The notes under the pieces: model-generated
What the model saw: only the letters and a program-made list of their open reading frames with translations
Told to the model about the DNA's origin: nothing
Database searches by the model: none
Program-made: the position numbers and the translations under genes
Part shown: one piece after another, positions 20,197 through 29,775 of the stretch
How positions within the stretch are numbered: the stretch's first letter is position 1
Layout: each line of letters starts with the position of its first letter
Assembly: GCA_964596125.1 (NCBI GenBank)
Contig: CAZQRP010000007.1
Coordinates: forward strand, 64,282 to 128,281
Direction: 5' to 3'
DNA length: 64,000 bases
From: an uncultured Dehalococcoidales bacterium
GTDB taxonomy: Bacteria > Chloroflexota > Dehalococcoidia > GIF9 > UBA5629

Positions 20197-21159
20197 TTAT
20201 TTGTCATTTTTCATTTTGTCTTTCAGTAGTATGTCTCCCATAACTTTATCAGCCGCTGAATGCGGGTCTATTTTTGCTGCCTCTACCAGTGACATATATT
20301 CGTTTAGCTCTTTATCATGCTGAACTAATACTAGAAGTTCATCCCGAATTCGATTCTCCACTACTTCGATAAATTCACGCCGCCGCTGTTCCTGGCGTCT
20401 TCGTAAAAGTTGACCTGTCTCTTCCAATTCTTGACGGTGTCTCTTGATTTGCTCATAGACCTCTTCAATACCCACATCGTTAATAGCTTCTGTCGCCACT
20501 ACTGGCACCTGCCAATTATTGTGACCCGAACTCAGCCGAAGCATGTTTCTCAGCTCAACAACCAGACTTTCAGACCCAGGACGGTCAGCTTTATTAACCA
20601 CGAAGATATCAGCGATCTCAAACAAACCAGCTTTCATGGTCTGAATAGTATCCCCTGCTTCAGGAGTCAAGACTACCACTGTGGTATCTACATTTTGCAT
20701 AATGTCCAGCTCAGTCTGCCCTACTCCTACAGTCTCCACCAAAATATAGTCTTTGCCAAAAGCACTCAGTAACTTAATCACATTGCCAGTACTTCGAGGT
20801 AGACCTCCATGGCTGCCCCTGGTAGCCATACTACGAATGAAGACTCCTTCATCAAGATAATGCTGCTGCATCCTTATTCTATCGCCAAGTACGGCACCGC
20901 CTGTAAACGGGCTACTGGGGTCGGCGCAAACTATACCTGCTGTGAGCCCTTGTTGCCTAATTACTGCTGTCAATCGGTCGACCATGGTGCTTTTACCAGC
21001 CCCTGGCGGTCCAGTTATGCCTATGCAATAACCTTTACCTAAATGAGAGTAAACCGTCTTTATAATTGCCGGCACCTCAGGGCTGTCACTTTCTACGATG
21101 GAAATCAAACGAGCCAGTGATAACACATCGCCGGCTAGCATCTTCTTGATCAGCTTCAT
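20197..21159 (-). CDS. meaB: MeaB/ArgK-type G3E GTPase (methylmalonyl-CoA mutase chaperone family)
   Basis: GITGPPGAGKST P-loop, ETVGVGQ, and VVNKADR. Confidence 0.85.
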   Translation of the reverse strand: MKLIKKMLAGDVLSLARLISIVESDSPEVPAIIKTVYSHLGKGYCIGITGPPGAGKSTMVDRLTAVIRQQGLTAGIVCADPSSPFTGGAVLGDRIRMQQHYLDEGVFIRSMATRGSHGGLPRSTGNVIKLLSAFGKDYILVETVGVGQTELDIMQNVDTTVVVLTPEAGDTIQTMKAGLFEIADIFVVNKADRPGSESLVVELRNMLRLSSGHNNWQVPVVATEAINDVGIEEVYEQIKRHRQELEETGQLLRRRQEQRRREFIEVVENRIRDELLVLVQHDKELNEYMSLVEAAKIDPHSAADKVMGDILLKDKMKNDK

Positions 21160-21434
21160 TTTACAGACAACTTCTCAATTTCGTAACCTGGTACACTTCA
21201 CGACCGAATACAATTCTATTTAATTTATCCTTGCAACGTCAAGAAAGTGTGAAGAGAGACTCTAGGAAACAGTGGTCGACTGAAGTTCTGAGCTTGTGGT
21301 CTGACCGTAAACTAACAATAGAGAGTACTCGTTAAAGGTCGTTTACCTATGATGTCGAGGTATAATAAAACAAGCGATTAATCAGGCAAACGAGATTGGC
21401 CAAAAATTTTTGCTTAAAATTACATAAAATATAT

Positions 21435-21463
21435 TTGACAGGTCATTATCAATCTGCTACACT
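21435..21463 (+). promoter_or_regulatory. sigma70-like promoter candidate (TTGACA-17-TACACT)
   Basis: TTGACA at 21435-21440, a 17-nt spacer, and TACACT at 21458-21463, about 40 nt upstream of the regulator gene. Confidence 0.45.
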
Positions 21464-21504
21464 GTTGCAAATTAAAACATATTGTCAATAATAGCTTCCC
21501 GGGG

Positions 21505-22212
21505 TTGTTATTGGTTGACGCAAATCAGAAAATAAAGGTACTTATAGCTGACATCCAACCGCTATTTCGGCGGGGGATAGGGTCTGTCCTGAGTCAGGAG
21601 ACTGATATAGAAGTCTGTGGCGAAGCTGGAAATGGCCAAGAGCTGCTAACGGCTGTAGGTACAATGCTTCCGGATGTGGTCCTCCTCGATATCAATTTAC
21701 CTCCCGACAGCGGCCTGGATTTAGCCAAAGCTGTCAAGCAGCAATTACCCAGTGTGGCTGTTGTCGTTCTTACCGCCCATTCCAGTAACGACGAGCTATT
21801 TGAGGCAATTAAAGCCCGGGCAGCCGGCTACTTGAACCGTGACATCGTATCGAACGAGCTTATTGATACTATCCGTAAAGCTGCTTCCGGCGGACACCCA
21901 ATTAATGATACTTTTCTTTCACGACCAAAGGTGGCCAAGCAGGTACTGGAGCAGTTCCAGGAACTAGCCTGGGGAAAAGAACTTGAGTCTTTTGTTTCCC
22001 CTCTCACCCCGAGAGAGACTGAAATCCTCAGCTATATGGCCCAGGGTTACCTTAATAAACAAATTGCAATTAGCCTTAATATCAGTGAACAAACTATCAA
22101 GAATCATATTACCTCTATATTGCGTAAGCTGGATGCAAACGCCCGTACCCAAGCAGTCGTGACAGCAATAAGACGGGGCTTAATCTCATTAAGTCCTGGA
22201 ACCGCACCTTAG
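21505..22212 (+). CDS. NarL/FixJ (LuxR-type HTH) response regulator
   Basis: REC domain (VLIADI...VLLDINLP) plus a C-terminal LuxR HTH (LTPRETEILSYMAQGYLNKQIAISLNISEQTIKNHITSILRKL). The start is non-ATG and uncertain. Confidence 0.85.
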   Translation: MLLVDANQKIKVLIADIQPLFRRGIGSVLSQETDIEVCGEAGNGQELLTAVGTMLPDVVLLDINLPPDSGLDLAKAVKQQLPSVAVVVLTAHSSNDELFEAIKARAAGYLNRDIVSNELIDTIRKAASGGHPINDTFLSRPKVAKQVLEQFQELAWGKELESFVSPLTPRETEILSYMAQGYLNKQIAISLNISEQTIKNHITSILRKLDANARTQAVVTAIRRGLISLSPGTAP

Positions 22213-22467
22213 TACTTCGTTCTGATAATTCCACTCTATACCTGTCAGATATCGGCAGGAACAGTTTCTTACCAAAGATTCACTTGTTCCAATAGTGGTC
22301 GATACGGATTTCTTTTTAAAATAAATCCTGGTCTCAATATACTGGTTTACAGAAGTAAAATGACAATGGAACAATGAACCATGGGACCCGACTATTAATG
22401 ATTATAAAAGGGTATACATTCGCATCTATACCTGTCATTTTGATTTTCAGTTCCCGAAGCGTCATCA

Positions 22468-22941
22468 TCAAACCCCTCCTAGGAAAAGTTCATGCTGGTA
22501 CCTGCCCTGTCTGGCATCATACTGGAGTCTGATGCCGATTACCCTGTAGTCCTGCCCTTCCTGGGCGCAGAGGGAATCGTAAATGGTGATGACATCCCAC
22601 AGCTCGACTCCGCAGTGGGGCGGTACCAGGATAAAGCCGCAGTACTGCAGCCTGGTCTTATCGAGGGCTGCCTCTGCAGCGCCGGCAGCCAGGGCAGCAG
22701 TGGCAAGGGAGGGATGCAGCTTGAAGGCCAGGCGCTCACCGACCAGGCCGATTTCAGCGGCATCCTCATCCTCACCGAACACAGGATTGCCCTCAGCATC
22801 ACGGCCGATGATGTACGCCCGGTTGATATCCGGGCTGTCCACCTGGTAGCTGCCATCCAGGATGAAGTGCGGGCGCGACTCCCGGGGGGAGACATTGTAC
22901 AGTCCGCCCGAGGCGGAGTTAAATAGATACTCGTTAAACAT
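22468..22941 (-). CDS. phage protein, unknown function (last gene of the module)
   Basis: 157-aa ORF with the element's composition, following the tail-fibre-like gene. I recognise no family. Confidence 0.5.
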   Translation of the reverse strand: MFNEYLFNSASGGLYNVSPRESRPHFILDGSYQVDSPDINRAYIIGRDAEGNPVFGEDEDAAEIGLVGERLAFKLHPSLATAALAAGAAEAALDKTRLQYCGFILVPPHCGVELWDVITIYDSLCAQEGQDYRVIGIRLQYDARQGRYQHELFLGGV

Positions 22942-22954
22942 GGACTATTTACTA

Positions 22955-23677
22955 TTACTTAACAGCGGCCCAGTAGTACGTCAGGCCGCTGACATTGGCG
23001 CCGTTACCGGCGTTGTTGGATACATAGAAGCTGGTAGCATCAGGGGCAGTCATGTTGTAGTGCGTGCCGCCGCCTGCAATGTCCATGGTGCGGGCCAGGC
23101 CCCTGACGATCATAAACGCCTGACTATTACTGACGATAAAGACCAGCGCCGGCGTGGTGCCCAGGCTGTGAGCAATGGCCCGGTTATCGGTGCCGTCGCC
23201 GGTATAGCTGCCGTAGGTGGCGGCGACCGGTGATGCAGCGGCCCACTTAACGCCCTTCTGCTGCGAGCTGTCCTCCGTCAATACATAGCCGTCATTACCG
23301 CTGACGGGCAGCACGGCGGGGGTATCATCAGCGGTGGCCACCAGGATATCGCCTTTGGCGTCCAGGAGAGCTTTGGCAATTTTGCCATCGATTTCCTCCT
23401 GGAGCTGCTCGATTATGCCGGCGGTGATATTGAGCCTGACAGCATCACCCTGGCTGTGAGCGGCAGCGGCGGTACCTTCCTGGGCCCGGGTGATGGTAAA
23501 GGTATCAGTAGACTTGACGGTGACCTCCATAATCTCATCACCGATGGAGATATGGAAGGGCGCCGAGGGGAAGCGGGCCCCTTCTCCGGCGGCTACCGTC
23601 AGTTCCATAGCTGAATCAGAGATGGCGGCTGCCAGGGTGGAATTGGCATTGTTCTTTACTTCTAACCAGGTTGTCAT
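22955..23677 (-). CDS. phage tail-fibre-like protein
   Basis: From ATG 23677 (stop of the upstream gene at 23679). The N-terminal segment [38 protein letters not shown]...TRAQEGT resembles the conserved N-domain of many tail-fibre proteins. Confidence 0.5.
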   Translation of the reverse strand: MTTWLEVKNNANSTLAAAISDSAMELTVAAGEGARFPSAPFHISIGDEIMEVTVKSTDTFTITRAQEGTAAAAHSQGDAVRLNITAGIIEQLQEEIDGKIAKALLDAKGDILVATADDTPAVLPVSGNDGYVLTEDSSQQKGVKWAAASPVAATYGSYTGDGTDNRAIAHSLGTTPALVFIVSNSQAFMIVRGLARTMDIAGGGTHYNMTAPDATSFYVSNNAGNGANVSGLTYYWAAVK

Positions 23678-23678
23678 A

Positions 23679-25526
23679 TCACACTCCTTCCGGGAAAGTG
23701 AAAGCATACACAGGCGCATCGTCTGCCTGGGGGTAGACGATAAAAGCATCGAGGCCTGAGAAATAGATAACATCCGGGACCAGCGCCAGCAGGCGGCGCA
23801 CTACGCCGGCGCCGGACTCGCCGGGGCGGACCTCCAGTTTGGGGTACAGGCTGACGATATCAGAGCTGCGGGACTTATAGGACAGGGTGCCGCCGATGCA
23901 CTGGACCAGCTTACCTATCAAATCATATACCGTGTAATCATCCGAGCCCAGGTTGAACTCCGCCGGTCCGGGGATGGTGTAGCGCTCCAGGAGTCCCCAG
24001 GCATCGATGCAGTACAGGGTGACTGCGGCACGGTTGGGGCTGCGGCTGTAGCGCCAGGACTCCAGGAAGTAATGGTTGCCTCCCGGAGTTTCATCCCCGA
24101 CTTTGTCGGGGCGGTAGCCATAGCCCAGCTCGACCCGGCTGCCCCGCCTGATGTGTTCCGTGGGCAGGTCGGAATAAGCGCCTGCGGAGTTATCCAGGCT
24201 TATGTAAAGCTCGCTGGCGGCCATGGGGCGGACCAGCTCGGTCAGCCCGAGGACCTCCGCCTGCTCAATGGCGACCGAGCCTTCAGCGGCGCCGGATCCG
24301 GCAGCCGGCGTGGGCCAGCAGTCACCCGGCAGCAGTGCCCGCCAGACCTCATTAGCCCGGGTGCCCCAGAGATAGGTACCGTCCTCAGCCAGGGCCAGGC
24401 CGTAAGGGCAATTGCCATTGAGCTTAAACGACTTATTCCAGTCGGCATCGTAGAAGTCCGTGCCCGGGCGCAGCCGGAAAAACCATTTATCCTGGAGCTT
24501 GTACAAGGACAGGACCGGTCCGCCTGAGGCGGGCTTGCAGATAAAGGGAGCATCGACATCCAGGTTGTCGGTGGCACGGGCGGCCAGGATAGCAGCCACC
24601 GTCTCCCAGCTCTCCGGCAAATGGATGTTGTAGAAGAGCTGTCCGGCAGAGGGCTTATGTAAATTGAGCATGAAGTCCCGGTACTCTTCGGCGGCCTGAG
24701 CGAAGTCGCTATAGGGCGTTAGGCGGGCCAGGAACTGCTGCACGAGCTGGTCCTGGTCCAGGGTGGCCCGGCCCAGGTTGAGGTACTGGGTATCGCCCCA
24801 GGTGCCGGCAGCGACCCGGTAGCCGTCGCCGAAGACGATCCTGGCGACCCTTAAGCTGGCGCCGGTATTGATCAGGGCAACGATGTTATAATCGCCGTCA
24901 TAGTACATAGCCAGGCCGGCGATATCCGGAGGGCTGCCATGGGCGGTTGGGGCCAGCCAGTTACCCAGGTTGTTCCTTTTCTGCAGGTTGAGGTTAGCAG
25001 CGCCGCTGTCCGCCCAGGCTATGGCCATCTCGGTATCCGTCTTGTGGCAGGCAGCAATAGCCCGCATGCAGCCGGTAGAGCCGGCGATGGAGGTGGCAGC
25101 GCCGAAGGTTGCCCCGCTGTCGGTGGACTGCTTGTAGTCTATGGCAGCGCCGTCTCCCCTGGTGGCGAAGACTATTACCTCGGCGGCACGGGCGGCGATG
25201 GCATGGGGTGAGCCGTTGAAGCAGGGCAGTAGGCCCGTCCAGTTGGTATAGTCAGACGAGGGGCCCGGGCTGGCCACCCGCTGGTGAAAGACATTGCTGG
25301 TGGGCGCCGACCTGGTGCGGTTCAAAGAGCCATCGGCGGGGATGGCCACGCCATGATAGAACGGGCTGATAGCGTCCGTTTCATACAGCAGCTCCCAGCC
25401 GAGCATACCCCACTGAATGGTAGCCGCCTTCTGGGGATGGCCATACTGGCGGCAGACCAGGCCTACAGCCGGCCGGCGTAACGGCTGCTTCTGAGCGATG
25501 ACCAGGGTATCAGTAAGCGTCTTCAT
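23679..25526 (-). CDS. phage tail / host-recognition protein candidate with an Asp-box-like motif
   Basis: 615 aa, positioned between the lysis-like and fibre genes. The STDSGATFG motif resembles a BNR/Asp-box. Confidence 0.4.
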   Translation of the reverse strand: MKTLTDTLVIAQKQPLRRPAVGLVCRQYGHPQKAATIQWGMLGWELLYETDAISPFYHGVAIPADGSLNRTRSAPTSNVFHQRVASPGPSSDYTNWTGLLPCFNGSPHAIAARAAEVIVFATRGDGAAIDYKQSTDSGATFGAATSIAGSTGCMRAIAACHKTDTEMAIAWADSGAANLNLQKRNNLGNWLAPTAHGSPPDIAGLAMYYDGDYNIVALINTGASLRVARIVFGDGYRVAAGTWGDTQYLNLGRATLDQDQLVQQFLARLTPYSDFAQAAEEYRDFMLNLHKPSAGQLFYNIHLPESWETVAAILAARATDNLDVDAPFICKPASGGPVLSLYKLQDKWFFRLRPGTDFYDADWNKSFKLNGNCPYGLALAEDGTYLWGTRANEVWRALLPGDCWPTPAAGSGAAEGSVAIEQAEVLGLTELVRPMAASELYISLDNSAGAYSDLPTEHIRRGSRVELGYGYRPDKVGDETPGGNHYFLESWRYSRSPNRAAVTLYCIDAWGLLERYTIPGPAEFNLGSDDYTVYDLIGKLVQCIGGTLSYKSRSSDIVSLYPKLEVRPGESGAGVVRRLLALVPDVIYFSGLDAFIVYPQADDAPVYAFTFPEGV

Positions 25527-25530
25527 GGGG

Positions 25531-25554
25531 CTACTTAATGCTACTTAATGCTAC
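25531..25554. repeat. perfect 10-bp tandem repeat (CTACTTAATG x2.4) spanning a gene end
   Basis: Read directly. It includes the stop codon of the 145-aa gene, just upstream of the next start. Confidence 0.9.
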
Positions 25555-25968
25555 CTTGAGCAGTTCGGCTGCCATCTCGCCCACCCAGTAGAGCGTCTGG
25601 CGGTTCCGGGGCAGTTTCGACCTCCAGTTGAAGCCGGCGACGACGTGGCCGGCCAGCATGGAGAGATCGCTCACCTTACGCTCGATGCGGGCATAGTCCA
25701 GATAGCTGACGTAATACAGCTCACCCAGGGCCAGCGCCTTATGCTTCAGGTTTGAGAAGCTGCCGCAGCCCGCCTGATTGGTAGGGCAGCCGGGCTCCCT
25801 GACGTTCTCAAGGGCTTCCTGGAAGTTATAGCCCCACTGCCCGGCGAACCTGACATCGGCCTTCATCAGGACATAGTCCCAGAAGGAGACCACATGATCG
25901 AAGTACTCAGCCTGGGTGACCTGGCCGGTATCCAGGGCGGTAAACAGCTCAGTGGAGGGATTGAGCAC
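25531..25968 (-). CDS. phage protein, unknown function; frame stays open upstream without a start codon
   Basis: 145 aa from GTG 25968. The same frame remains open to about 26150 with no ATG/GTG/TTG (see findings). Confidence 0.45.
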   Translation of the reverse strand: MLNPSTELFTALDTGQVTQAEYFDHVVSFWDYVLMKADVRFAGQWGYNFQEALENVREPGCPTNQAGCGSFSNLKHKALALGELYYVSYLDYARIERKVSDLSMLAGHVVAGFNWRSKLPRNRQTLYWVGEMAAELLKVALSSIK

Positions 25969-25994
25969 GCCGTACTTTATGGGCGCCTTCTTCT

Positions 25995-26324
25995 TTACCA
26001 GCTCGTCAAAGGCGTCCAGGTCCCAGGGCGGGGCCGGATCCCGAGTTGAAACCAGCGATACCGGTCCGCCTGAGGCGGACGTAGAGACGGCCTGTGCGTT
26101 ACTGATTTGGGCCTCTGTGGCCTCTGCTGACTTTTCCGCAGTACTTTTTTATTCTTGCCCAGATCCGCCATACCCTGGCCTACGGTAAAGCCCAGGGCGG
26201 GCGCCAGGACCCACTGCCAGTCGATAAATCCCTGGCTGGCGGCATAGACCGAAATGAGCTGGGCTAAAACAGAGCTCCAGAACTTTTTCGACTGATAAAA
26301 CGGTTTTTCTTTGGTATCTGTCAT
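25995..26324 (-). CDS. holin-like small membrane protein (only the N-terminal ~60 aa look genuine)
   Basis: KKFWSSVLAQLISVYAASQGFIDWQWVLAPALGFTVGQGMADLG gives two TM helices. After the A6 run the translation becomes an implausible Arg/Pro-rich tail. Confidence 0.45.
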   Translation of the reverse strand: MTDTKEKPFYQSKKFWSSVLAQLISVYAASQGFIDWQWVLAPALGFTVGQGMADLGKNKKVLRKSQQRPQRPKSVTHRPSLRPPQADRYRWFQLGIRPRPGTWTPLTSW

Positions 26325-26443
26325 TTTATGTTAACCTCCTGATTCACTTAGTTAATGAGAAAGGGCCTCTATTAAATTCATCGACTGATCCCTTCATTAC
26401 TTTATTACGTTCAGCAATGGCATTATGTTAAGCCAGTGGCCAA

Positions 26444-26800
26444 TCAGACCAGGACGGCCAGGGCATCTGGCAGCGGCAGACCGGCCTTGCGGTAATGGGC
26501 AGCCAGGTGAGCAGCGGCAGCCAGGATGACCTGCTCCGGCGCCCGGATACGCTGGCCATCGACTCCCTGCCTGGATATGGCCCGGACTGCAGCCATGACC
26601 AGCTCCCAGTCCACCGTGTGCACCAGGCCGATCTTGCCCTTGATGGCACGGTTGATCTGCCTGGTGTGATGGGGGAGCTGCCAGGTGGCGGGATCATCCC
26701 TGGCAGGGACGATGGCATAGGCCTGCCAGGGTAAATCAGCTTCGCTTCCTAGTGCTTCGCTTTGCTTTACTTCGCTTCGCTTCGGCATATTTTTTGGCAT
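26444..26800 (-). CDS. phage protein, unknown function
   Basis: 118-aa ORF preceded by the hairpin + GGAGG arrangement. Confidence 0.5.
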   Translation of the reverse strand: MPKNMPKRSEVKQSEALGSEADLPWQAYAIVPARDDPATWQLPHHTRQINRAIKGKIGLVHTVDWELVMAAVRAISRQGVDGQRIRAPEQVILAAAAHLAAHYRKAGLPLPDALAVLV

Positions 26801-26812
26801 AATTAACCTCCT

Positions 26813-26827
26813 TCCGCCTAAGGCGGA
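26813..26827 (-). repeat. pre-SD palindromic hairpin TCCGCC-TAA-GGCGGA
   Basis: A 6-bp stem 1 nt from the GGAGG of the gene starting at 26800, flanked by GATCTTCG. Confidence 0.8.
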
Positions 26828-26833
26828 TCTTCG

Positions 26834-27427
26834 TTAGTCATAATCACTATAGAAAAGCGAGCCCTGCTTGAGCCGGCTGCCGGCCTTCCTGATGGCCTTC
26901 TGGAACTCCATGAGCCGGCCGCGGGCCCAGTAGAGATAGTCCCGGTCGACATTTTCACCGCCGAGCGTGGCCTTATTGGTGGAGTACTGGCTCTGCGCCA
27001 GGGTGGCATAGGCACTGGCGCCCAGGGCGATCAGGTCCTCATGGCGGGTGGGAATAGTCGAGGTGGCCCCGTCCAGGGTGTGGACCTTGCTGTAGTAGAT
27101 AGAACAGTTGTTGCCATCTCCCTGTGTTTCCAGGAAGGTCAGCGTGTCCTGGTAGACCTCAAACCTGGCAAACACCCTCGGGGTACTGCCGACCGGAAAC
27201 TCAACCCGGTCAACCCCGACCCTGTCGGGGAGGCTGGAGATATCTACTTCTGTAGAGCCGGCAACGGTGGCCAGGGTGGCCTTCATCTGCCGGGGGACAT
27301 AGAGGGAAAACTCCTTAACCGCCCGGGCGATGGCCCGGTCGATCTCATCATCGGTCCAGCGGTAGTTGGCAGCGTCTTCATCTTTGAGGTCCCTCCGGAC
27401 CAGACCGCGCATTGTTGCCAAGTCCAT
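26834..27427 (-). CDS. phage head-completion / adaptor candidate
   Basis: 197 aa downstream of the capsid genes, preceded by hairpin + GGAGG. The functional guess rests on position only. Confidence 0.4.
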   Translation of the reverse strand: MDLATMRGLVRRDLKDEDAANYRWTDDEIDRAIARAVKEFSLYVPRQMKATLATVAGSTEVDISSLPDRVGVDRVEFPVGSTPRVFARFEVYQDTLTFLETQGDGNNCSIYYSKVHTLDGATSTIPTRHEDLIALGASAYATLAQSQYSTNKATLGGENVDRDYLYWARGRLMEFQKAIRKAGSRLKQGSLFYSDYD

Positions 27428-27441
27428 AGCTCAATCCTCCT

Positions 27442-27456
27442 TCCGCCTCAGGCGGA
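27442..27456 (-). repeat. pre-SD palindromic hairpin TCCGCC-TCA-GGCGGA
   Basis: A 6-bp stem 1 nt from the GGAGG of the gene starting at 27427. Confidence 0.8.
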
Positions 27457-27459
27457 TTC

Positions 27460-27491
27460 GACCTTTATACCAAATGACCTTTATACCAAAT
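27460..27491. repeat. perfect 16-bp tandem duplication (GACCTTTATACCAAAT x2) spanning a gene end
   Basis: Read directly: 27460-27475 equals 27476-27491. It includes the stop codon of the 416-aa gene. Confidence 0.9.
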
Positions 27492-28731
27492 CCAGGGCTA
27501 CCAGGGCGGCAGCACCCGGCGGGGTAAATTCAACATTGAGCACCGGCGCTTTGGCGCTGTCACCGTCATAGCTGTATGCCCTTCTCCAGGTCCAGTCATT
27601 ATTATCACTTCTGTTCTCATGGTCATCCCAGAACAGGACCAGGGAATTACCGTTATTCCAACCGGGACGGTTGACTATCTCCTGGATAATGGCGGTGATA
27701 TCAGGGGTATCATACTCCGCTTCAGCCGACCAGGCCGGTATGTTGTCCCAGTCCACCTGGGCGGCGGTGATATTATCATCAGTGGCGCCGCCGACTACCG
27801 TACCACGCCTGGCCTGGTAGTCCTCGAGAGTGCTGAAGGCGGCAGCATTATCAACAGCCTCGCCGGTGATTCTGGAATTCACCACGGTATTGCCGATAGT
27901 AACCTGTGCGGTAAACCTGATAGAAGCGGCAGTTATCACCGAGCCACGGGGCACGGTGACGTTTTGCCAGCGCATGCCGGAGCCATACTTATACTCGGTG
28001 GCCTGGCCATAACCGGCACGCTCATCGGAGGTGAGAGCGTAGCGCTCCCAGGCTGCACCGGTCCATCTCACCCAGAGGTCATCAGCGCTGGCGCCCACCT
28101 GCCAGGTGGGGTCAACTGCTACCGGCAGGGTTTTACCGGATAGCTGCAGCGACTCGGTGAGCCTGTCCCCTGCTTTCAGAGCATCAACGGCAATGGGCTC
28201 ACCGTTAGCATCCTGAGCGCGATAGACCAGGTGAGACTTGCCTGTTTCCTGAATAGTGAACTCAGCGATAGCCGGAGCAGCGGCTGACTTGATGATACGC
28301 CGGAACTTCACCCGGTCATTCAGGGCTTCGATTACCAGGTCAATCTCCGGATACAGGTCCGGCCAGGTGATCCTGTTGCCGGCGATAACAGGGGACACAG
28401 GTTTGGCCGCTACCACGTCCCCCAGAGCGTTTTTCACCCGGTCCAGCCGGAGAAAAAGCTCCGCCCCATCTTTCCTGGACCTGACCTGAATGGACCTGGC
28501 GGCGGTATCAACCGACAGCTCATAGGGGGCCTTGCTAACACTTAAGATATCGCTTGTGTTAACAAAGACTGGAGCGATCGCCTTCCAGGGCTCCGAGGGG
28601 TCGGCATAATTTTCCTTGTAGTGGATGGCTCCGCCTGAGGCGGACTGCAGCGCCAGACGGCCCGCCTGAGGCGGGTCCTGGAGAAACGTCCGGGAGCTTT
28701 CAGTACGGTAATTTAGCAGCTCCTGCATCAT
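27481..28731 (-). CDS. phage structural protein, unknown function
   Basis: 416-aa ORF whose start overlaps the next gene's stop (ATGA). It contains two in-frame copies of the CCGCCTGAGGCGG palindrome. Confidence 0.5.
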   Translation of the reverse strand: MMQELLNYRTESSRTFLQDPPQAGRLALQSASGGAIHYKENYADPSEPWKAIAPVFVNTSDILSVSKAPYELSVDTAARSIQVRSRKDGAELFLRLDRVKNALGDVVAAKPVSPVIAGNRITWPDLYPEIDLVIEALNDRVKFRRIIKSAAAPAIAEFTIQETGKSHLVYRAQDANGEPIAVDALKAGDRLTESLQLSGKTLPVAVDPTWQVGASADDLWVRWTGAAWERYALTSDERAGYGQATEYKYGSGMRWQNVTVPRGSVITAASIRFTAQVTIGNTVVNSRITGEAVDNAAAFSTLEDYQARRGTVVGGATDDNITAAQVDWDNIPAWSAEAEYDTPDITAIIQEIVNRPGWNNGNSLVLFWDDHENRSDNNDWTWRRAYSYDGDSAKAPVLNVEFTPPGAAALVALDLV

Positions 28732-29096
28732 ACGCCCCTGATGGAGATGGTCCTTTCAGATCCTTCATTTTCGGCGACATCGATCTTGAGGAACTGGGCG
28801 CCGCCGATCCTGACAATGGACGCCCTCTGCTTGGGGATGGCGATATCGGCGGGCACGCCCAGGTACCAGCCGTACAGCGTGGCGAAGGTACCGCCGGACG
28901 CCGCGGCCACCTGGACAGTGGCGGTGGCATTGGTCATGTCCGGCAGGATAATGAGCACCTCATTGAAGGGTTCACCCAGATCCACCTCGACCGATATCGA
29001 AGCACCGTTGGCGATAGTGGCCGTTTTCCAGGCGCTGGTCAGCTTCCTGACCTGCTGGATGGGCCGGCCGTAGTCATCAAATAGCTCGTTTGCCAT
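28728..29096 (-). CDS. phage protein, unknown function
   Basis: From ATG 29096 (MANELFDDYG), with GGAGG at 29105-29109 and a hairpin at 29111-29125. The longer ORF to 29222 just translates the hairpin region. Confidence 0.5.
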   Translation of the reverse strand: MANELFDDYGRPIQQVRKLTSAWKTATIANGASISVEVDLGEPFNEVLIILPDMTNATATVQVAAASGGTFATLYGWYLGVPADIAIPKQRASIVRIGGAQFLKIDVAENEGSERTISIRGV

Positions 29097-29110
29097 AATT
29101 AAAACCTCCT

Positions 29111-29125
29111 TCCGCCCAAGGCGGA
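29111..29125 (-). repeat. pre-SD palindromic hairpin TCCGCC-CAA-GGCGGA
   Basis: A 6-bp stem 1 nt from the GGAGG of the gene starting at 29096, flanked by GATCTTCGAC. Confidence 0.8.
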
Positions 29126-29245
29126 TCTTCGACTGTATGTTGTGGTACGCCGGCGGCGATCCCCGCCACCATACCACTATATTTAGTAATCTCCCACTTA
29201 AAAGTGTAAAGTGTCCATTCACCGTATTAACTTCCCCCCGGGGAA

Positions 29246-29260
29246 TCCGCCTGAGGCGGA
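29246..29260 (-). repeat. intergenic palindromic hairpin TCCGCC-TGA-GGCGGA
   Basis: Same core as the other copies, embedded in a longer imperfect palindrome (CCCCGGGGAA...CTCCCCAGGG). Confidence 0.8.
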
Positions 29261-29283
29261 CTCCCCAGGGAAAGAAAGGAGGT

Positions 29284-29316
29284 AAAAAGAACCTGGGGGG
29301 CGGTGAATTCCCCAGG
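29284..29316 (-). terminator. rho-independent terminator candidate after the capsid/decoration genes
   Basis: On the minus strand, CCTGGGG-loop-CCCCAGG (29292-29316) is followed by a T-rich run (plus-strand AAAAAGA, 29284-29290). Confidence 0.5.
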
Positions 29317-29339
29317 CAGCCGACCTCCCGACTCCCGAT

Positions 29340-29750
29340 TTATGCCGTGCTATCGGCCCGTGCATTCAGGAAAAACAGCACCTTCGTTGCCGACAGGGCT
29401 AGGCCGATGATGGTATTGGCGTCTCCTGCGGTCGACGGCGCTGTCTGGGTGATCTGGCCGTTACTCGAGCCCTCAGCCACGTAGACATAGCCGCCCGGTG
29501 TGGCGCCGGAATAGCCGCCGACCATGGGATTCGGCGACACCGGTATCACATCGCCGCTGGCGCCGTCCTGCAGGGCAACCACTCTGCCCTGGATAACACT
29601 CCCGGTGGTGGCCAGCGCCCGCTTCCAGCCCGAGCTGTAGCCAAGCACATCACTGCGGACACAGGCCTCAGCCAGCGTCACGGTGGGGGCTTCAGGGCCG
29701 ACATTGGAATTCTCGATTATGCGGTTCTTGCCTGGATCTGAAAAAGCCAT
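29340..29750 (-). CDS. phage head decoration-like protein candidate
   Basis: 136 aa, Gly/Ser/Ala-rich and beta-rich, immediately after the major capsid gene. It has weak resemblance to DUF2190-type head proteins. Confidence 0.4.
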   Translation of the reverse strand: MAFSDPGKNRIIENSNVGPEAPTVTLAEACVRSDVLGYSSGWKRALATTGSVIQGRVVALQDGASGDVIPVSPNPMVGGYSGATPGGYVYVAEGSSNGQITQTAPSTAGDANTIIGLALSATKVLFFLNARADSTA

Positions 29751-29775
29751 AGTTTACTCCTCCTTTAGTCCTGCT

